From Epiperipatus broadwayi (lineage: Eukaryota; Animalia; Onychophora), in contig JAQFVV010000001.1 in assembly GCA_028023455.1 (NCBI GenBank), positions 18,848,001 through 18,912,000 of the forward strand: a DNA stretch of 64,000 nucleotides, written 5' to 3'. Both the position numbers and the translations under genes were made by a program. Under the pieces are notes generated by a model. That model was given only the letters and a program-made list of their open reading frames with translations. It was not told where the DNA came from and made no database searches. Position 1 is the first letter of the stretch, and every line of letters begins with the position of its first letter. Positions 25,869-39,809 of this stretch are shown here, piece after piece.

Positions 25869-28660
25869 ACTTAATTACTTATATATATATATATATATAT
25901 ATCATTAAAAACTTGTCAGCACTTAGACAATCCCAATATCAATAATAATCAACAATTTCAAACTGCTGTCAAGGCAACCTAAATGGTCTAATATATATAT
26001 ATATGTGTGTGTGCGTGTGTGTGTGTGCGTATGTGTACAGTAAGGATTGCTACAGCAAAGATTTGTAAAGTGATTAAATAATTCAACAATGATTGGTTAT
26101 CACTAAATTAAGATTTATACAACAAAAACATATATATATATATATATATATATATTAACACTAGAATGAGAAGTGCCTTGACATGTAAGGCTTAAATATC
26201 AATTTAGTTTGCTTACATTTTCTATTTCTAATGATGAAAATATTGCACATAGTTTTTTTAACTATTATTTTAAGTGGATATTATAATAGTTTTAGCATAA
26301 ATACAAAATTTTACAGTTGATTAATGTTGACAACAAAAAACATTGTTGGCTAACTTATAGTAAAACATGATCAAAATCAAAGTGCTAAATTTGGAATTGC
26401 TAAATCTTTAGTAGTAAAAATATTGTGTATATTTTTAAGTTTATTCACAAGTGCATATAATGTAATAATCTTAATCAGAAGCCATGAATGCCAAATTTTA
26501 TAGTTGTTTAATAATGATATATAAAAAATAATAATTTCAAAGTGGTCATACTGTAAAAACAAATACAAGAAATCTAAATGTTAAACATAGACAAGAAATG
26601 TCATTTGCTGAAATTTAAAAAATGTTATCAAAACTTTGTAGAGAATTTTGGTTTTGAGTAAAGTATTAGGCATTTCTCGCATATTTTGCAAATTTGGTAT
26701 CAGTTTTTCTTGTGCAATTTATTTATCTTTGCTAGTTTCTTTTAATTTTTTCCATCCATCTACAAATATTATTTTTAATCATAAATCAGAAAAATGGGAT
26801 CAAAAAATTGATAAGTAATGAAGAAAAAAAATTATTTGTCAAATAGAAAGTTTTGTGATGATTGGCAATTTAAGTTCTGAGTGTGATCTGACTAAATTAA
26901 TGATCTAGACATTTTTTTTAAAAAAGAATGAATTAAAAATTGCACAGATAGCAAAAACAGAGTTTTAGATAAAGCAATTTATATGATAAAATCATGGAAT
27001 AAATGAAAACATTTGATAATGTGGATTATTCAAAAACAAACATTAGATGGTGGCATCAATGTGGGTGATGGTTATTTGTGTAAAGATCAAACAGTTGTTA
27101 GAGAATTTTTTGTTAAGATTCCTGTCCTATTTCTTTGAAAAATTGATTATCAACAAAAAGTGGTGTATAGCACTCAGGAAAAGAATTGAATTGCATAATA
27201 TAAGGCTTGGATTTAACATTAAAATTTTATAAATTATCTCTGTAAAAGAAAATAAAAATTATGAACTCAATTATGAGAATATCTAATTTTGCTTACCTTT
27301 TTATTTTATATTCACCTGCATGATATTACAAAATACTTGACAATTCTGCTATCACTTTTGTCACTCTCTTGAAACTATCAATAGTAGTACTTTACTGATT
27401 ATGTATTTATTTGATTTGTAAAAACTGAGACTAAAGTAAATATTGATTTATTAGTTAAAAAAACATCTGAATATGGCAGCATGTTATAAAAATAGTATTG
27501 CAAATGATCTAAAAATGTTATTAATTAGTAGATTCTTTGACAGAAGTTGAAAGACTACTTATAAACTTCTCTTTTATTTTGATTGTTTTTAGTAATGAGA
27601 AAACAAATGTATAGTTTATATAATTTAAATATATATGATTATTTTTACAAAATATTTGTATAGTAATTATTAAAGAAGTATTTTTATGATTAAACTTAGA
27701 TTATATTCAAATGTGTTTTATTTTTGAAAACACAAAGTTAAAACAATTGTAATAATGACCAAAATAAATGTACACTTAGTAATGCTTGGACAGAACTTTT
27801 GTAATATTTTAATAATTATAAATGCAATTTTAAATTTCAGAACAAAATTTCATAGCTTTATGATAATTTAACAATAATCAGTTGAGGTTTTAGAAATGAG
27901 GTTCAATTAACCAATATTCTGTTAATTCATTTTTTCTTTGCATTGTGGGAATCATCCAATAAGAAAAAATGTTATTGTTCACATTACATATTTCACTTTC
28001 TTTCCTTATATTTTCAAAGTTCAAATATTATTTTTAAAATATTTCTTTGTTTGTAAATATATATTTCTAATAAATCAAGCTTAATTTATTCATTCATAAT
28101 ATAAAACAAAGATTTAATGTTAAAATAAAATGTTGATCATGTGGAAGAGTTAAAAAGTGAATTTTAGTTTTAATTAACATCTAACTGAACAGTACACACA
28201 ACAATTAATTTTATATATGTTTTTACATTTATATTTATGATTTTGAATCATTTATTTTACACAAATGTTTATTTTACTTTATAAATTTGGTCTAGGCTGA
28301 AACCTGGACTAAACCATCCCTAAATGCATGTATCTCAATCATTGCTATAATAAATTGATGATTCTTTATTTCAGACCTTATTGTACATAAATTTGTGTGT
28401 TTGTGTGTGTACATAAAATATTTTATTTATAAATATATACTGTATATACTTATTTTAGCGAAGTTAAAATTATAAGTTAATTTTTAAAAATACATTTTGC
28501 AATGATATTCATTTGTTCTGAATTTATTATCATAGCATTCTAAATAAAGAATGTGTGTTTGAGTTAATAGACATTTTTTAAACTTAAATCATTAATTACT
28601 GAGTAAATAGTGCTTTTCTGAAGCTTTGTGATGATGGTGTTTTAATTATATATTGGACTA

Positions 28661-28800
28661 TAGAAAAATTAAACTTTATTTAAATTTTCTAATTGCATTT
28701 AACTTTAAGTAAATAGCACATAGGTTAGCATATGCCAACCTGTGTGCTATTGTTAGCAGTTAAATGTAATTGGAAAATTTAAATAAAGTTTATTTTTCTA
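28661..28800. mobile_element. 140-bp near-perfect palindrome; MITE-like, possible TA target duplication
   Basis: TAGAAAAATTAAACTTTATTTAAATTTTC...AGGTTAGCAT|ATGCCAACCT...GAAAATTTAAATAAAGTTTATTTTTCTA; centre at 28731/28732, no loop; begins and ends with TA. Confidence 0.75.
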
Positions 28801-30065
28801 AAGACATCTAATACTTAATATTAAATGATGGAAATAGTACAATATATAAATGGAGTAAAATACTTTATAAAGATGCATTTCCAAAAATGTAATTATATTC
28901 CGATGAGATAGAGTTATGGAAATCTCAAAGTTAAAAATCTAAATAAAAAGAATAAATTTTATTAATCAACTTAAATCTCATCTATAAGCTCCAGTAGATT
29001 GCATTTAATAATATCAATGAAATAATAAATTTAACTAGAAACTATTGTGTCACTTTTCTGCCATTTTTGTCTTTCATAACATGCAAGGATAAAGTCTAAT
29101 GAAAAGAAGAAATTTAGCTATTAATCAATTATAGATAAAAAATAATAAAAAATTCGAGTAACAATTGAAGCTGATTGAAATTCAAATAAAATGTGTCAAT
29201 TACCCAGCGTGCATTTAAGAAAAATGAGAAACAAAATTCTTTCAGTTTTATAATTTTTTTTTTCAATTATTTATAAATGAAAAATATCTATATCTATTAT
29301 TAGTAATTTAAATAAAGTACTGAATGATACAAAATAAATAGGAGCAATAAATTTCTTATTAAAGTACTAGTTATACATTAATGCAAAGACTACTAAAGTA
29401 ATCTATTTTATCCATTAAAAAATGAATCTCATTTTTATCTTGCTCAAGTACCCGAGGGTTTGTTGAATGTAATCTGCAGGGTAAGCGATCAATTGTTAAA
29501 AGAAATAAACAATGAAACAACTTGAAATTCTACAAATCAATTTACTCAGTTGTAATAAAAATTACCATGAGAGTTAACTTTACTCTTGAAAGTGACTAAC
29601 AATAAACTATCTTATGAAAATTGATTGTAATCCGTATTTCTATAAGTTTATATTAACCAAATATTTTCACACACTAATATAATAACTTTTATCACGATGA
29701 CTGAACATCTATTTTAATTAGTATTCATTATCGGTTGAATAATTTTACATATCTGTATCGCAAGCCTAAAGACACAGCTCACTTAAAGCTATCTTTGATT
29801 CTCTTCGCTAAGCTTGCAGGCTAACTTCTGTATCCCTTCGGTTTTACATAAACGGGGATTATTAGCATATTTTAACTTCATTAATTATTTAAATCTTAAT
29901 ACAACGTGCTAATTTTCTAGAGTACTTAGTAATATAGAGATCATATTAAAAATATACTATCTACCTGCAATTACACAATTTCAGTAACTTTATTTACAAA
30001 AAACATATATACAGATATGCCCACAGCCAGTAATATGATTAGATAATGATATTTAATAAAATAAA

Positions 30066-30602
30066 CAAGGCAAAACTCTCTCCATACAGTAGTGCCACCC
30101 TGTGCCAATCAGAGTAATCAATGGATGCCGGAAGGTTTGTGCATAAAATCCCTATCTAATGCCTACTCATCCAATATCCCCTGACTAGTTTCTGGCTTGT
30201 GGCCATCATCAGTGAGGAGCTTTGGTTCTAAGAGCACTGCACTTAGATCTTAGGATCTAATGTAACCCTCCAGAAACCACCTTTTATCTCCACTTAACTA
30301 CAAAACTACGAGAATGAAATTGAAAACACAATAATATTTTCAATCTAAGCTCAATAGCTTATATAGTCATATGGATCTGAACTCAATTCTGTACCCATAC
30401 CTTTTGGTGGCTTTGGCTCTTTAACAACCATAGCCATCACTATCTTATTAGGCAGGATTGGTGTTAAACCACTAAACATCACATGATCCCTATCTCATAT
30501 TAGCACATTATTGTTATTAAACAAGACAGTATGGAGAGAGTTGTGCTTTGTTTAATAACAATTATGTGCTAGTATGAGATAGTGATCATGTGATGTTTAG
30601 TG
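30066..30602. mobile_element. Full-unit copy of the 456-bp HHR retrozyme-like element with an inverted terminal arm
   Basis: Unit wraps (AAACAAG at 30063 and 30519, period 456); inverted arm 30526-30602; ATTTAATAAAATAAA at 30051-30065 and 30603-30617. Confidence 0.9.
30177..30218 (-). ncRNA. Minimal type I hammerhead ribozyme (family A)
   Basis: Minus strand UCCUCA-CUGAUGA-UGGC[CACAA]GCCA-GAAAC-UAGUC^AGGGGA. Intact core, 4-bp helix II, palindromic ACUAGU helix III; A.A mismatch at the base of helix I in this copy. Confidence 0.85.
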
Positions 30603-33399
30603 ATTTAATAAAATAAATGTCAAGTCAGGAGAGATGTCAATGCAGCCTCATTTGAATTAGGTTAAAACTTAAAGACACAACCAGTGTTAATTTATAATCA
30701 TTTTAATAATTTTGTAAGCAAACAAATAAATCTTAAATATGAAAATATATTACACAATGCTGAATAATATGTAATAATTTGAGTAATAAATTGCTTCTTA
30801 TGTTCTATCTATATATTAAGAAAATACCTTTTAGTATCATAATAATACACCTTAAAGGTGAAAAATAAATCCCAACTTCATATGCAATCCAAAATATCTT
30901 ATACAGATAATAGATTAGAGAATGACATTTATTAGAAGTTTATTATTCCTATTTATATTTAATGTACAATTTTATATTTACTTATTAAATATTTGGTTAT
31001 TTATTCATATGTTTATTACAAATTAACTGACCCTTCTGAAATTAAATTATAAGCTTATTCAAATGAGTTGCATGGAGAGCTTAGCTGATTTAATGTTCAT
31101 CTTAATAATTATTATCTATATAAAACATTTTACTGTAGGCAAAATTGGATTCATTTTTGTATGCCCAAGGTAGATTACATTGATACAACAGCTAACCCAT
31201 TAAAATATAACTAATTCTTTATGAGGAAGTTTATATCTTATATATATAATAAAAACTATTTTAGTTCTTTATTTCAACTATATATGATTAAACAAAATAT
31301 TTATTTTCAACTGAATAGAAATACATAAACAAATATTTTAGTTGTTGATGATGTTTTTTTTCATTTAATTAATCTTTTATTCTTCATACAACAGGTGTCT
31401 AGCATTTGCAATAATCTTGCTATCAAATTGAAGACAAATATCACATTATTCTTTAAATATTTACAGTAATTGACATGGATATTTTTAAAAATTAAAATGT
31501 ACTATGATACATTTTCTAGTATTGAAAATCTTCACAATATATTTATAAATTAAACCAAATGGCTAATTACCTTATAAATATAATGATAAATATATAATTT
31601 AGAGAAGAGTTTAAAATTAGCTTAATAATAACAAAAAGAATATTTGAATAGTTAACTTTAATTATTAAAGTAGCCTAATATCTGTATCCTATATTCATTA
31701 ACTATTTATTTTTTCTATTAATCATATGTATATGTGTGAATAAAATGTATGATATCTGACATCACATGTATATGTAAATTATATTCTACATTGTACTAAA
31801 GTAGTCAAAGCTTTAGTTTATATTTATAATATTATTATGAAATAATTAATAGATTTTGTTATAACTTTTTTGTTATTTTATATATTATTCTAAATAAATA
31901 ATTAATAAAAAGATAAAGAAATGAGAATTACTTACTGAATCATTATTGTTTTTAGTATTAAAGTTTAAGTTTAATAAATACAATCCAAAACACGTAATCA
32001 TAAAATAAATAAATGGAGCATGAATGTGTGATTTTAAAAGTGATTCACTATTTTAGCACCATCTACCTAATTTCATAAAAAGCCAAATAGATATCCATAA
32101 ATAATATAAAATGTCATATTTTAGCTCATATTCGTTTTTTAATTTTCATGTGGATAATTTCATCTCCATCTCAGATTTTCCAAAAAACTACAAAAAAAAC
32201 AAATTAAATAAGAATGTATAATTTGTTGATATGTTAATATTGAATAAATATGTATGACTCTAAATAGTACATTTATAATTTATTATTTTCAATTGAATAA
32301 AGCTGACCTCTTTTAAATTTGTTCCACGTGTGATGTCAATAATCTTACTTATCTCTTCATTAATTTAATAGACTTAATGCTCACAGAATATGAATTATAT
32401 TTACATTTATTCGTTTTAATCATTCTGTGCTGAAACATATTAGTGTGATCTTATTATGTATTTTATGTTAAATATTTGATAAGTAAGGAAATTTTATAAT
32501 CTGTATTGTCAATAATATTTTATTATGTTTAGATATCAAGTAATATAATATAAAAATTATAATGCACTAATAATTAGAACTACAATATATTATCGTAGCC
32601 AAATATCAATTGTTAAATTATTAAATATATAAACACTTCCTGCTGTTACATCAGAAAATCTTACGTTCAAATTAATATTTTATCACAGACAGAATTTCTA
32701 TTCAGAAACGTCTTTTTCAAAATTATTAAAGTACATTAAACATTTTATATAAGCTCTAATTATCTTTAAAATGCTACTTCACATTTATATTAACAAAAAT
32801 ATCTTTTATATTACAGTTATCTTAAATAAAATTTATCACAATGAACTTCATTCTTAAAACTAAGTGGTAAATGCAATACACAAATAAATATTTTTCTTAA
32901 TTATTAAATACTCAATCTTATTACATCTCAACGTAATATCATTTTATTCATACAATAGTCAAATATGTTTAAAAATACATATATACAAGCAATAAAGATT
33001 ACAAATTATAAAATTGTTATATAAAAGCCTTTTTCGGCAAATTATGTTTTTATTCATATAAATATCTTAATAATGTATTTTCATTATCGATATTTGCCCT
33101 GAAATGAACATACCCTGGAACACTCATGTATAAATATCATACTTGTTCTCGTACATAAATATAAAATAAACAATTAGTCATTAAACATTAAACAAATAAA
33201 TATAATACTTCTGTTAATACTACTTATAAATTACAATATAACAATTCATCAATTGCTAAAATAGAGAATTTTTAATAAATAAAATAACTATTGTCAAGTG
33301 CTTTCAACTACTATGAGTCTTTATCAAGGCAGTATAAAAAATCCTATTTTTCTCCTAAGCGATAAATTCATCGTTTCATTGCATTGGCCAGGAACAACT

Positions 33400-33990
33400 A
33401 ATTGGAAAATTGGTTAATTTTGAATTCATAGTACAAGATGAATTTTGTATAAGATATGATTCTTTAATCTTGCGTTTTTATCATGTGTTTTATGCATTAA
33501 TATTGTAAAAAATCTTTTGGACTACATGTATGGCCTGTATTTCTCTTGTGAACATAAAAAGACAACTAAACTGTATCATCTTCTCTTGCTCTGTTATACA
33601 TATATTTATATTGTTGAAGGTGATATTTAATATTTGTCTTGGTTTCCCCAACATATTTTGGACTACAATTTGTTTAAACATTACTCTTTACATTTTAACA
33701 TATGGAGATCAACTTTCCAGAATTATTACACATTGTGCTCACATAAAATTCACAATAATATAACAATAATTAACAAAAACTTTCATCTTTAGATCTTTTC
33801 TATTTGGGATCATACCCACATGTAAATACATCTGTATGTTTTGTATGACTTTTAGTTTAATACTATAATAATTATTTTTTTGATAATTTTCTAAGACATT
33901 GGATATAAACCATTTTAAACTGATAATTTAAATGATGTTTTTAAAGTTCTCAAAACTGGTTATTCCTTTAACCAGTCTAATTTTTCCTTA
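33400..33990 (-). mobile_element. Decayed Penelope-like GIY-YIG fragment
   Basis: Minus strand KSNV*TNCSPKYVGETKTNIKYHLQQY (YVGET at 33641-33655) ... NTGHTC. Boundaries approximate. Confidence 0.6.
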
Positions 33991-34065
33991 AAAATTAATT
34001 ATTTTTTTGAAAATCACTTAGAAAGAGAGAAAAAACTTTTCATTTTAATTTATTTGATTACTTTG

Positions 34066-34099
<34 letters not shown>

Positions 34100-34999
34100 A
34101 AACTATATTGAAAAATCATTGCATAAAATATAAAAACATTAGCATATTTAAAAGAAAATTCCTAGGAAACATAATTTTAAAACTAACAATACTTTATATT
34201 TATTTTAGAGAATACTTAATCAATTCTAGTCCATGTACAGAAAGGATTATTAATATAGCTTGGACTAACTATAAATATCTTTTATTTTTCAAACCCTATT
34301 ATATGTATACATAATCAAATAGCTAGCTATTTTTTCATAATTTTTTCTTTTTTTTTTCATGAGTAATAATGAATCTTCAGATTATGATGTAAAATTAAAT
34401 TATTTTCATTCTTATATTTTATTAGTCACTATAAGGGATTTTAAATTAGATGTTTTCTAGAAGTTGTATTTAAATATAACATTTATTTGATAAAAATTGG
34501 AATCTGTATTTTAAGTAAATTTCTGATACTTAGAATTACATTTTGGCTCTTCTCATGAAATTTTAGAGAACCAACTTCTATATTTTCATGTAGAATAACC
34601 TACTGTTAAAATGACCTTTTATATTCATCACTTGATACCCATAGTAAAAAAAAAAAAATAGTATTTTTTTTTGAGATGACAAAGAATACAATCTCATTAG
34701 CCTTCATAAAGTTAAAACTCCATTGAAACTTTTTGCCTGTTTTAGCTCTTTTATCCCTTTTATCCATGTGCTTTCTTTTCTAGATTTTTCTAACAATTTT
34801 ATTATCTTATAAATAATTTGGTATTTTATTTAATTAATCTAATGAAAGTCTATAAATGTAAATAAGTATAGAAGACTTTTTCTTTCTTTTAATTAATTAA
34901 ATCAAACTCATAATATATTGGAACAAATTAATAAAATATTGGATATATTATTTCAGTTAAAGGAAGTAACCAAGTCTACTGGAGAATTGAAATCTCAAA

Positions 35000-37720
35000 T
35001 AGTTAACACTAATTTTCATCTAACTGATACTGACAAAAAGACCAGTATTTGGAAATAATTTGATTATAAAGATTGGTAATATTAAATAATGAGATTTGGA
35101 CAAGCCTGTTGAAATTGAAATATAACAATAAAAAAAATCTAAATGATGTTATATATAATTCTGCAAAGAAGATAGATATTATGAATTGTTTCCTGAAACA
35201 TGTTATATACATTAAACTAAGCATTTAAGATATATTAATCAAACTAAACAACAAAATTCTTATTTGTAAACAAATTAATAGATTATTTTTTGCTGAAAAC
35301 ATAAATTAACTATTTCTGGCATTTTCCCAGAAGCTACAAATAATTAATACACATTTGTATATAAAAATTTGTCTTTTGAAAAAAAATACTTTACTGGAAA
35401 ACTCAATTTCAAAAACAAACAAGTTTGAATATGTGTGGGTTAAAGATGATAAAGTTTTAATGAGAAAATATGTTGGATTTAAAGTTATTAAAATTAATTA
35501 TAAAAATGACTTGTCAAAATTATAAAAAATATGATAATCTATGTCAGAATATGAATGATTTTGATATAATAAAAGAACTTAAATTTAAGATATATCATTT
35601 GAGCATTAGCAGTATTAGGAAACATTTTGACAATTTTTTGATTTTTTCTTAAAATGGAAAATTATTGTTTTGATGTAATTGTATTAACTGAAATCTGGAT
35701 AACAAAAATAAAGATTTTTCCCAAGTCTTACAAATAGATCTGAACTACTTATAACACTATAAAATTTATACACTACTATTAAAAAATCAATTCCAAAAAT
35801 AGTACTAATGAATGTATTGTACTAAATATTGCATTTTCATCAAAGAAATTTACTATCTTGAATCTGTATAAATTATAGCAGTAATAAATATCTAAATTTA
35901 TAAATGAATTAAGAGGGATTGTTAAAGACCTATACATGGATCTTGTCCATTTTAAAGGTAACACATCAATATTATATCAGATCATTTTAATCATGGTGTT
36001 GACAGTTTCTTGGATCTTTTATCATTTTATAGTTGTCAATAATTCATTTTTCAATTTACTCATTTTGTAAGTTTTTTGTCATCCCTATTTGGCAATGTCT
36101 TTATAATAAATATATAATGATTGTTTTTGTTTTGTTTGTGAAATAGGAGAATCTTTTATTGATGATTATGGCATCATTATAGAAGCATGTATATATAGGG
36201 ATTTTTCTGATAAAAATATCTCTATTTCATCCCATTCTAAACTCAAAATAAATCTTGAGATGTAAGTATGGAAACATGTCATATTCATAAAAAAAGTGTT
36301 GATGAAACTTATAAATATTATAAAAAGTAAAATAGCATCTTCCACTCATTTGAAGTATATCCATAAACATTACTAAAAAGAAATGATTGAATGACAAATG
36401 ATATTGTTGATAAAATAAATTTCAGAACTAAATAATGTAAACAAATGAAGCAGTGTAACAATGATTTAGAAAAACAAGATTTATTTTTTAAAAAATGTAA
36501 ATAAAGACATAAAAATGTATAAAATTATGATAAATTATTTTTCAAATAAAATATATTAAAATAAATAAAGATAAAATGTTTTGGATGTTTGGTTGTTACA
36601 TTTTTTAGAGGAAAACATCTTCTATTAAAAAAAAATAATGATAATAATAATTTATTACTTTTCATAGACAATGAGAAGATTGTTACTGATATATCAAAAA
36701 TCAAATCATTCTAATATGGAATGTTTTATGATAAATAATTATATTTTATAAACCATGAGATACTTGGGTATAAAAAATATGAAATGTTTAGTCTAATTAG
36801 AAATATCAGGAATAAATCATTGCAAATAAAGATGGAATATCAATTTCAGTTATACAAATGAAAATTTGAATACATCAATATTTTGATTGCATTATTTATT
36901 TAACTTTTCTTTTAACAATAGGTAAAACTCTCCATACAGCTGTGCCAAACTGAGTAATCAATGGATGCCAGAAGGCTTGTGCATTGATTACTCTGTTTGG
37001 CACAGAGTGGCACTATTGTATGGGGAGTTTTTCCTTTGTTTACAACAATTATGTGCTAGTATAGAGATGGTGATCATGTGATGTTTAGTGGTTATAATAC
37101 CCATCTTTAAAAGTGATGAGGAAAAAAATAGAAACTATCATTCTATAGCAGTTCTCTTCTCTATGTTAATGATTTTGGAGGTTTGTATCAAAAAAAAAAA
37201 AATGTTTCATTTCTAATAAAATATAAATAAGTTTTTCTCAATAAAACAATGTAGTTTTTTTTATCAAAAAGATTAACAGAGATGGCATTACGCAGTCATG
37301 TTGAATAAAATTATTTCATAATAGACTATAAATTATAGGAGCATATTTAAGCTTAATAAAAGCCTTTGATGTGATTCCTCATAATAAATTTTGTATATAT
37401 TTTTATTCTGTTGGACTGAGACATACTATCAGTAAATGGTTAGCTTTTATCTACAGGTAAGAATCCAAATAGTAAACTTTAAAATTGTGTTAGTGATTGT
37501 TATAATTCTGTGCATGGTTTACCACAAAGTTCAGTTTTAGAACTATCATTTACCATTAGATTTGAATTGTCACTGAAACATATTCTGTTATGTGGATGAT
37601 ATAGCTTTAGTAAAACCAGTAATAAATTATACAAATATAAGAGATATTATTACCTGATGACTTGAATAACATTGCAATATAATGATGCTTATGTAATACT
37701 TTAAAATAAAATGTTAAATG
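35000..37720 (+). mobile_element. Decayed CR1/L2-like LINE (ORF1 end, APE, RT)
   Basis: KFEYVWVKDDKVLMRK (ORF1 C-terminus, about 35420-35470); IYHLSISSIRKHFD...FDVIVLTEIW (APE); PIFKSDEEKNRNYHSIAVL; IKAFDVIPH; HGLPQSSVL; YVDD at 37589-37600. Confidence 0.8.
36915..37095. mobile_element. Truncated head-to-head copy of the 456-bp family, inserted in the CR1/L2 remnant
   Basis: GGTAAAACTCTCC...GGCTTGTGCAT joined through the shared CAT to inverted TGATTACTCTGTTTGGCAC...GTGATGTTTAGTGGTT. No clear target duplication. Confidence 0.85.
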
Positions 37721-38057
37721 CATCAACATAGCATGCTGAGCATGCTTTCAATAAATTAGTAATCATTTTTATTTTAAAATATTAAACAAGTTTTTCTTAG
37801 TATACATGTTGTATGTATTGCATTTTTTCGAGAAAAGTTTAAAACTATTGGAATTAAAATAAAGTATATAATTTATTATTATAAAAATGATTATGTGCAA
37901 AATTTGAAGATACATGTTTTATATGACTCTGAAAATAGATTTGAAAGAGCTTATGACATTTTATATTTAGGAGTTAAATTAAATGTATATCTTCCTGGAA
38001 CATTCACATTAGCATTGTGAAAATGAAACTGAGTCAACTGAATTTTATCTTTTACAG

Positions 38058-38198
38058 AATAAAATATATTGCCATGAGATGCATATGCTCAGCATTACAC
38101 ATTGTCGAGAAGTTTCTGGAGATGTAAAAATTTATATCATATTCAACTCAGCACAATTTCCCAATGGGGAAAAAAGGCAAAAAGACCCATGAAGATAA
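38058..38198 (+). CDS. Candidate internal coding exon, product unknown (NKIYCHEMHMLSITHCREVSGDVKIYIIFNSAQFPNGEKRQKTHEDK)
   Basis: Strong acceptor TTTTATCTTTTACAG at 38057, donor AAG|GTGAGT at 38199, 141 nt open in phase 0. No partner exons identified. Confidence 0.35.
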
Positions 38199-39035
38199 GG
38201 TGAGTGAGTTAAAAGATAATTATAATAATGAGGTAGCCAAATCTGTCTGTACTCATCTGAACAAACAAGCCATCATGAATATGACATAAAATGGTGGTTC
38301 AAACATACAGCAGCCTTCTACTAATGATAACAATATTAAGCTTAAATTAAGAAAAATAACTAGTAACCCTGAATTAATTAGCACCCCTGAATGTAATACT
38401 TTCTCAAATGGTGTAGATATGAAAATAAATTCTAAAAAAGCAAGATATGCTACCTCATCCACTGTTGACAATGCTGGGCCCCCAGAGTTGATGCAAATGA
38501 TAACATTGAAGCTTTGTCAAGGCACTGATTGGAATGTCCTCTGTAGGCACAAAAAAAAGAAGAACCGATAACCACAATGAGCATTTTCAAACTAAGATTA
38601 ATGAAAATCAATCTAACAACCTAGATGATGCCAGAAATAACACAATGTTATTAAATGATAAAATAGAATCAAATAAATCAGCCAAAATTATTAACAAACT
38701 GACATTATTCGCTGAACTGACAGAACCGGTGAACCCATTTTAGACAAGCCTGACTTAAATGAGTATCTAGTCTTGTTGAGTAATAATGGTTTAATAAAAT
38801 CTATTAAATACACTGCGTTCTTTTCAGCAAAGGGTTTTATTTCCATTGAATATGTTAATAAAAAGCAAAAAGATCTAGTGGAGAGTCTAATAAAAGAGGT
38901 GTAGGGGCATAGAATATATTACGTATCAAAAGACCCTAACCTTTTAGTATTCAGTAGGGTTTTACATACACACACACTAACTTTAATGTAGAGTTCTTTA
39001 AAACCCAATTAGCCAATTATGCTGAAGTAATTACA

Positions 39036-39809
39036 TTGGAAAGAGAGATGACTTCGAGTATCTCTTTCCAAATTCCTACTAACTCATGGAATATTGTCCT
39101 TAAACTAAAAAAAGGTATTGTGAAAGATCAACTATCACATATGTTGTTCAAAGACCAAATGCCAATTTCGATTATTTTGAAGGAAAGAACCCACCTGTGC
39201 TTTAAATGCAACAGAATTGGTCATATCACTGCTATGTGTGTGACTGGGAATTGTGTAAAATGTAATAAGTTTGGTAAAAGCAATTATTTGTGTGGAACTA
39301 ATAACGTTAAGTTGTGGGCAGACATTGTTGACAGTAATATTAACAAAAATATTAATGATTTTTATGAAAATATTGATAATGATTTTTGTGATAGAGATAA
39401 CATTGATGTGAGTCCCAGACAATTTTCTGAGCCTGCTGAAGTATCATCTTATATAAATAGTTTGGCTCAAGCGGTTGATGAGTCTGTTTGTCCCCGTGAT
39501 ATTGGTTGTATTAACAACAATATAAATTCTGATATAAATTTTGGTGAAGGAATAGAGATCAACAGTAATACTGTTACTGATTATGTTTATAACAATACAG
39601 AAGAAGGAGTTGACAGAAATACCAATATTATAGAGAATAACCCTACAATGCTGGATCAGTTCGCTAGTAATTCTGAGTTTAATATCAAAATTGTTTATCA
39701 TGATGATACAAATGAAATGATGAATGAAACTATAAGTGATATATTTGTTGGTAAAGGATCAAATTATTTCAATAATTATGAACAAATCCCTCAGTATACT
39801 AACTCTTAA
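39036..39809 (+). pseudogene. LINE ORF1 (gag-like) C-terminal part with zinc knuckles
   Basis: CFKCNRIGHITAMC (CX2CX4HX4C) and degenerate CVKCNKFGKSNYLC; upstream part broken (38534-38743). Confidence 0.85.
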
